From the IMG/VR virus record IMGVR_UViG_3300037697_000007, positions 1-57,561 of that record: a stretch of DNA of 57,561 nucleotides. The stretch is one strand, 5' to 3'. The translations under genes were made by a program, and so were the position numbers. Positions 53,401-57,561 of this stretch are shown piece after piece. Origin of the DNA: a virus (taxonomy: Duplodnaviria; Caudoviricetes). Position 1 is the first letter of the stretch. Each line of letters begins with the position of its first letter. The notes under the pieces were generated by a model. It did no database searches, was not told the origin of the DNA, and saw only the letters and a program-made list of their open reading frames with translations.

Positions 53401-56400
53401 CGCAATTCAAAGAGAACGAAGGCGAATATTTGAAGATTCGAATATCGAACCATAAGCTACCTGACTCATATGTTGAGCCGGACTTCGAAGTAATGGTCGG
53501 CGGCGGACATGATGGATCGCTGATGAATGATTATGGGACGTGGGATGAATCTGTTGAATTTGTCGCGCGCAAATTTGATATGGATGTTCCGCCAGTCATA
53601 AAGCGCCTTGATTCAAAGGCGAAAAGTGATGCGAAAAAAGCCACCAAGAAAGCTCGGGATTATGAAATAAATGAGTTGATTCGGAAAATAGAAGTCGCCA
53701 AGAAAGGCGCTTATTCGAAGTCTGGCTCGGGTATCTGGTGGCTGAATAAAGATTCTGGAAAATTGTCAGAGATGGCGCAGATAGGCAAGATGCCGGAAAT
53801 GAATTCAGAGCAAGTTAAGGTTGAATATATATCTCGCCTAGAAAAACAGCTTGCTGAAAAACAAGGCGGATTAAATCAAGACATCCGCTACGCCAACGAT
53901 GGCCGCGCGCTGGCCTTCTTCAACCCTGCGGACGGCATCACCTATTTCATCGCCGACCATCTCCCAAAGAGCGCCAGCGCGAAAGGACTGCGCGGGCTAG
54001 TTGCGCATGAGATCGGCGTGCATGCTTTACATCTAGGCCGTGACTCGAAGGAATGGCAGTCCATCTTGAAGCAAGTTGAACTGATGAACCGGGCCGGCAA
54101 TGCCAAAGTAAAGGCTGCTTGGGCGCAAGTTCCTGAAGGCACTCCTGCCGCACATGTTGTCGAAGAAACGCTGGCCTATCTGGTGCAGAATAATCCTGAT
54201 ATGCCGATAGTAAGGCGCGTCATCGCTTGGCTGCGGAACGCATTGCGTAACCTTGGGAAATCGCTACCTGTGTTGCAACGCGGGAAGTTCATGGCATGGG
54301 CTAACAGCCTGACCGAGGATGATCTTGTATTCATGGCGCAGGATGCGATGGCGAACTGGCGGCCTGAGAGTCAGGTGGAATCGGCTGGCAATGCGGCGGC
54401 GCTTATGTCGGTTGGAGGATACAACGTAGAGCAACAATTGCTTGATGATCTTGGCGCTATCCATCCTGATGTTGACGCATGGGTAAATATCAGCGGAGAC
54501 ACAATCAAGCTGGATGAATTGCAAATGCCGAAGGCAATTCGCGGGCAGGGCATTGGTTCGCGCTTCATGGATATTCTGACCGCATACGCCGACAAAAACG
54601 GCATGACCATCGCACTCACCGCAGCAGGTGATTTTGGCGGAAGCCGTGCCGGACAGGAGCGGTTCTATCGGCGGTTCGGATTCGTTCCAAACAAAGGACG
54701 TAGCAAGGATTACGCAATCAGCGAGAACATGATTCGCCGACCGGATAAGAATGCGGCGGCGCAGTTCAGCCGGTCGCAAGGCAATGCGCAGCCGGTCAAC
54801 CCGCGTGGCGGCAAGATTATTGGAGACTCTGGAAACTACGACGAAGCACAGCGCGCTGCACTGGAGCGCACTGGCTCTGTCATCACCAAGAAAACCATCG
54901 CCGATACGCTTCACAAGCTCAAGCAAGACGCATGGAAGAAGATGGCGCAAGGATTGGCTGACCAGTTCCGCCCAATCCGAGACTTGGATCAGCACGCCTA
55001 CAACCTGCTGCGCTTGTCCAAGGGTGCTACCGGAGCATTCGAGGCATTCATGCACTACGGCAAGCTATCGCTCAACGACGGCGCTACCGATGCAGACCAG
55101 AGCGGCGGGGTGCTTGAGAAAGTGTTCTTCCCGCTAGGCAAGGAATCGACAGACTTCTTGCGCTGGATTGCCGGTAATCGGGCTGAGAGGCTAATGGGAG
55201 AGGGCAAGGAGCGCCTATTCAACAAGGATGATATTGCCGCGTTCAAATCGCTAGCAGACCGCAAGGGAGATTTTGCCAATGACTACACGTTAATCGACGG
55301 AACCGTCACCCGCGACCGCAAGGCCATCTACAAGGATTCGCTGGTCAAGTTCAACGAGTTCAACAAGAACGTGCTGGACATTGCTGAACAATCTGGCCTG
55401 ATCGATGGCGACAGCCGCAAGCTGTGGGAGCATGAATTCTACGTCCCGTTCTACCGAGTTGCCGAAGAGAACGAAGGCGAAGCGCGCGGCATGTATATCA
55501 AGTCAGGCGTGATCCGCCAAGAGGCGTTTAAGAAGCTTAAGGGCGGCGAAGAGCAACTGAATGACCTGATGGCGAACACGCTGGGAAATTGGGCGCATCT
55601 GATAGATGCGTCAGCCAAGAACCGCGCGGCAACTGCAACGCTTGAAGCCGCAGAAAAGATGGGAGTCGCGCGCAAGGCGGTTGCTGGCGATACAAAGACT
55701 GTCTGGGTTATGGGGACAGTAGAGAAGAAAATCGCAAAAGGTACAGAGTACGAAGAGAATGGCGTAACCAAAGTATCTGATGGAACTACGGTGATAACGT
55801 ATCACGGGAAAGTCGAATACAAGATTGACGATCCATACATTGTGGAAGCCGTATCCTCGCTGGAATTCTCCGGTATTCGTGGCCCGATGATGGATATTCT
55901 TTCCAAGCCGAAGCATTGGCTGACCATTGGTGTGACGGCATCCCCGTTCTTCAAGATCCGCAACCTAATCCGCGACTCTGTGCAGGCGATTGCGACATCT
56001 GACTTGAACTACAACCCGGCATCGAACGTGATAGAGGGATGGAAGCTAACCAACCGCAAGAAGCCTTCGCAGCAGTACGTTTCCGCGCTGGCCGGCGGCG
56101 GTTTGATTCGCTTTGGCACAATGCTTGAAGGCAACGAGGCAAGCCGGGTGCGCCAGCTTATCAAGCAGGGCGCGAAGGACGAGCATATTCTTGACGACGA
56201 AGGCAAGATCAGAGTCTTCTACGACAAGTATGTTGAGCCATCAATCACCATGTACAACGAACTCGGGAACCGTGGCGAGGAAGTCAACCGCATGTCGCTG
56301 TATCATCAGTTGCGCGAGAAAGGCATGGGCCACGCAGAAGCGTCTGTGATGTCGCGCGACCTGATGGACTTTTCCATGCAAGGATCGTGGAAGACGGTTC

Positions 56401-57422
56401 GATTCCTGACTCAGCTTGTTCCGTTTCTTAACGCGCGTATCCAAGGCATGTATAAACTGGGCCGCGCATCGACAGAAGACAAGGCGCGATTCGCTGTTGT
56501 GTTGGGCGCGGTGACGATGGTATCGCTTGCGCTGCTGGCAATGTATGGCGATGACGATGATTGGAAGAAGCGCGAGGACTGGGATCGGGACAACTATTGG
56601 TGGTTCAAGTTGGGTGGTGTCGCTTTCCGTGTGCCGAAGCCGTTTGAAATTGGCGCGATTGCTACGCTGGCAGAACGTACTGCGGAACTTGCCTTCGACA
56701 AGGAAATGACCGGGCAGCGGTTTGCAGACACCACGACCAGCCTGATTGCGAACCAGTTGGCGATGAACCCTGTGCCGCAGACGTTCAAGCCGATGATCGA
56801 CTTGTATGCCAATCAGGATTCGTTCAGCAAGCGCCCGATTGAATCTATGGGTATGGAGCGATTAGAGCCAGGCATGCGGTTTACACAAAACACCAGCATG
56901 CTTGCGCGCGGAATCAGTTCTGCCGGAAATGCGCTGACTGGCGATAACTTCTTGTCTCCGGTTCAACTGGACTTCCTGAACAAGGCGTACTTCGGATGGC
57001 TTGGCGCGACGGCAGTTAGCTCTGCCGACATGATGGTTCGCGGCATCAGCAACGAGCCGACGCGGCCAGCGGTCGATCACTGGAAGTTTGCATCAGGCGG
57101 CATGGTGGCGGAATTGAGCAGTGCGCAAAGCCGTTACGTTTCGATGATGTACGACCAAGCCGCAGAATTGGAACAGGCTTATGCGACCTACAACAGGCTG
57201 CGCAAAGACGGAAAGATAGAAGACGCCAAGGAGTACCGAGAAGAGCACAAAGACGAACTGAGCAAGTATCACAAGGTGGAGAACGTCAAGCGCAGCATCA
57301 GCAAGATTAACGAGCGCATACGTTTAATTGAAAAAGGGGCGCTGACAGCAGATGAAAAGCGGGCCTTGGTTATCCCGTTGCGGGAGAAACAGAGCGAGCT
57401 TGCAAAGCGGCTTTACCAGTAA
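47460..57422 (+). CDS. Giant polyvalent ejection protein (JAB/RadC-like, LPD23-like, two zincin-like, GNAT, LPD38-like domains)
   Basis: HNHPAG..S.SD; TGW.KGADGKWRFEIDD; HEVQH...GEVEAR; HEIGVH...EE; RGQGIG...FYRRFGF; RVPKPFEIG. Confidence 0.88.
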   Translation: MAFNFDASGNQIDVSAGFHFDEDGNQLTEQPKSSGLIGGSIDALKSGFGSMSRSAQATGSALSGNNANIEALAAESEIANKQRPIEAQQFTESVQRNTAESMADDRKVGWLEAIGDVAAAAWENKTGAVQSIVEQLPNAVPVLAAGWAGAKAGAVGGGAAGTMVAPGAGTAIGAGIGGVVGAFSGMFLGNAMLETGAKAIEKAEGGLTDVERGEAISEGATKGSVIAGIDLLTLGIGGKLMQSVGKAATKAGAMAEAEVIAKAGIDISSPVIVAKALAADPALKAAASAAGNAAARATITTSQKAAMAGGGLALESVGETAGEYLGEMAATGEGNVTDAVLEGMLSLGQSSIETAYNYGRVGNNLDASNIAKTGLIFKSPEKPLALGYNQAADAFGSNAIVFPDGSVATSQNQVDDYLNSLPENERIAARASLFGYAQQPKTPEQITAEVISKPTLDEAIKASSDLLNDPILDDAVQREFGSLTETQSQRDIGALSQGETGFGAVSELADLAAQERADVEQRRSAIAEQQAESGALRMESELETTDARVTGAAAAQTRQSRLAALDSIYANPDERTPGMSFLAHLEANYPRNPLPTPEEKRIIAQREQAFQAFKAMPESQPETLGVPALEEKAQNGERPLEAKIAQLNEYLANGYKPIAGGKMLANEKGKKLILTKAQREYLANMPSAQQSQESGIPDQTAAQPIQAEAANGTTAAPMDAGVDRATAASPSADTAGSAANGVLRPETVAAAGRDGLPRSPVATDAASGLVPAPDRADAVAKWLDNAAQKLEQESWGQDVLDTMQENGESPQAVAESFWAETYPAMPEQGQKLFKRLYKKNTGQSLQDGDNPLDMIDLGDTAENLEGTERGFVALMREANSQFGRGRLEKGIVVDGDVVAKQLPKSAENPQKVELDATTSPTTSPSKKPFTWQMPKAEFVAQKVAEGLSEETAARGHENAVKLALKMKKDVPAKVLADYQGAGDVAPPADADAIGAAVLPVVQQVGSQPTQSDGAVDGSSVAELTPAANWKQTAQDIISKDVFRDTVAKSIQNDGQKVLDAIFNNDLAALVGINAKYGQEAGRNQGGGGAGPGKVKQARRGVEPVFNAAMIAMQGMKAERSASVKAETSSTQAGNVKPEAQATEQSKQSAIESVKADTELSKADKLNTIKALNNGDISPEDVADVVGKAAPIEADDAAQSEQSQERQLDAKEPEAQYDAYDTLETRPETKPEQLEAGRSSLADVERRIFGVNRSSLRGSAAILGSNIPSDFREKGYTSLVGQNVESSHDLAMISQVLRDPRFETFRVFFVKDNKIVGERAYTSRLAASVSIPRDLHEHISADMGRTGANGYWLLHNHPAGFAKASSSDINLTEMLATNASGMLGHVIIDHNEYNSITIKSGLYGPEAKQEIIKADLGAMSVSPEVPHPTLGATITKPADFAAIARQLQRDGVYSSIIGTGGEAGAVTMILDVPDMASRKGVDKLRAGAAIRRAARETHSGRLFAVVPGELSQYAHLMDAGLFTDIISQSTGQSAAELGMLGRASHGTAAERRGMLAYVAEPTSPDYRQTIESKETDQGTALYSFAGQNAQTADKMALSAAQDRLNAGENAETVRKETGWSKGADGKWRFEIDDSGAKLHKPWPSKGQLFGDILNDMRKRRFAETGSLSFTVGDVLDHPALFAAYPELANISLTDQKESGASYSPKGSDPATIRISKDTAMSDVVSKILHEVQHVIQRGEGFATGGTVESARKIKAEILKSDLAKINDEIISNGEKRGKLNGRAWDENVARHLELVSKRDALDEEYQILKTDMAPAARAYQRLAGEVEARNTQSRQRMTADERRTVSPESTADVRAEDVIVVFNGKEMNNAPIPANAIQADERRTPPPDAHSVASAQSALLSAHSGKIHGALKAMFDAGKASSITAAQAANIVGEDALYSREEYFKRADQIERALQSMGLRVDREKSNVSVSTYIYAYAPEGSQFKENEGEYLKIRISNHKLPDSYVEPDFEVMVGGGHDGSLMNDYGTWDESVEFVARKFDMDVPPVIKRLDSKAKSDAKKATKKARDYEINELIRKIEVAKKGAYSKSGSGIWWLNKDSGKLSEMAQIGKMPEMNSEQVKVEYISRLEKQLAEKQGGLNQDIRYANDGRALAFFNPADGITYFIADHLPKSASAKGLRGLVAHEIGVHALHLGRDSKEWQSILKQVELMNRAGNAKVKAAWAQVPEGTPAAHVVEETLAYLVQNNPDMPIVRRVIAWLRNALRNLGKSLPVLQRGKFMAWANSLTEDDLVFMAQDAMANWRPESQVESAGNAAALMSVGGYNVEQQLLDDLGAIHPDVDAWVNISGDTIKLDELQMPKAIRGQGIGSRFMDILTAYADKNGMTIALTAAGDFGGSRAGQERFYRRFGFVPNKGRSKDYAISENMIRRPDKNAAAQFSRSQGNAQPVNPRGGKIIGDSGNYDEAQRAALERTGSVITKKTIADTLHKLKQDAWKKMAQGLADQFRPIRDLDQHAYNLLRLSKGATGAFEAFMHYGKLSLNDGATDADQSGGVLEKVFFPLGKESTDFLRWIAGNRAERLMGEGKERLFNKDDIAAFKSLADRKGDFANDYTLIDGTVTRDRKAIYKDSLVKFNEFNKNVLDIAEQSGLIDGDSRKLWEHEFYVPFYRVAEENEGEARGMYIKSGVIRQEAFKKLKGGEEQLNDLMANTLGNWAHLIDASAKNRAATATLEAAEKMGVARKAVAGDTKTVWVMGTVEKKIAKGTEYEENGVTKVSDGTTVITYHGKVEYKIDDPYIVEAVSSLEFSGIRGPMMDILSKPKHWLTIGVTASPFFKIRNLIRDSVQAIATSDLNYNPASNVIEGWKLTNRKKPSQQYVSALAGGGLIRFGTMLEGNEASRVRQLIKQGAKDEHILDDEGKIRVFYDKYVEPSITMYNELGNRGEEVNRMSLYHQLREKGMGHAEASVMSRDLMDFSMQGSWKTVRFLTQLVPFLNARIQGMYKLGRASTEDKARFAVVLGAVTMVSLALLAMYGDDDDWKKREDWDRDNYWWFKLGGVAFRVPKPFEIGAIATLAERTAELAFDKEMTGQRFADTTTSLIANQLAMNPVPQTFKPMIDLYANQDSFSKRPIESMGMERLEPGMRFTQNTSMLARGISSAGNALTGDNFLSPVQLDFLNKAYFGWLGATAVSSADMMVRGISNEPTRPAVDHWKFASGGMVAELSSAQSRYVSMMYDQAAELEQAYATYNRLRKDGKIEDAKEYREEHKDELSKYHKVENVKRSISKINERIRLIEKGALTADEKRALVIPLREKQSELAKRLYQ
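49591..49797 (+). CDS. Probable overprinted 68-aa gene nested in the +1 frame of the giant ORF
   Basis: GGAGG 6 nt before ATG; globular composition while the host frame is low-complexity. Confidence 0.5.
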   Translation: MAQLLHLWMPEWIEQPLQAQVLTPQEAQQMAFFDLRLSQQPDGMDCPDHLWQLMQRVDLYRHQIGPMQ

Positions 57423-57557
57423 TCAGGCAACGGAGCCAAATTCAACAATGGCTCCGAACCTGAGTACTTGAAGCAGAATCCCGCCAGCACCCATTGCGAG
57501 AAATAAGAAAACGGCCCAATGGACGTAGTATTCAGAATCGGTTTTTTTATTTTTCAC
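57423..57557 (-). CDS. Small membrane peptide spanning the circular junction
   Basis: KNKKTDSEYYVHWAVFLFLAMGAGGILLQVLRFG... hand-translated; stop abuts the giant gene's stop. Confidence 0.45.
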   Translation of the reverse strand: MKNKKTDSEYYVHWAVFLFLAMGAGGILLQVLRFGAIVEFGSVA

Positions 57558-57561
57558 GGCT
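57435..57561. repeat. Terminal direct repeat, copy 2
   Basis: Identical to 1-127. Confidence 0.95.

Overview
A complete, circularly assembled ~57.4 kb tailed-phage genome; the last 127 nt repeat the first 127 nt. The host is probably a Betaproteobacterium (inference). Two back-to-back sigma70 promoters at ~11.85 kb split the genome, with only a Cro-like gene beside them and no CI or integrase recognised. The leftward arm holds many small ORFs, Bet/YqaJ/SSB recombination genes, a P22 gp17-like gene and several structured non-coding elements. The rightward arm holds a replication initiator, DnaB, an RNA ligase, the nin region, Q, a late promoter, the lysis genes, terminase, portal, an N4-gp56-type capsid, podovirus-type tail and ejection genes, and a 3320-aa polyvalent protein. 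Highlights: (1) a 751-aa radical SAM + GNAT-like + amino-methyltransferase fusion, a candidate DNA hypermodification enzyme; (2) a two-cassette integron attC array with no integrase in the genome; (3) a TnpA-less RHH + TnpB element that splits a phage gene precisely after TTGAC; (4) a DUF6948-like gene coupled to a Ser-Arg/Gly repeat peptide; (5) repeated kissing-loop RNA leaders; (6) an endonuclease VII-type gene between duplicated RNA-ligase N-termini; (7) a probable overprinted gene inside the giant ORF. All family assignments come from motif recognition by eye; no searches were run.
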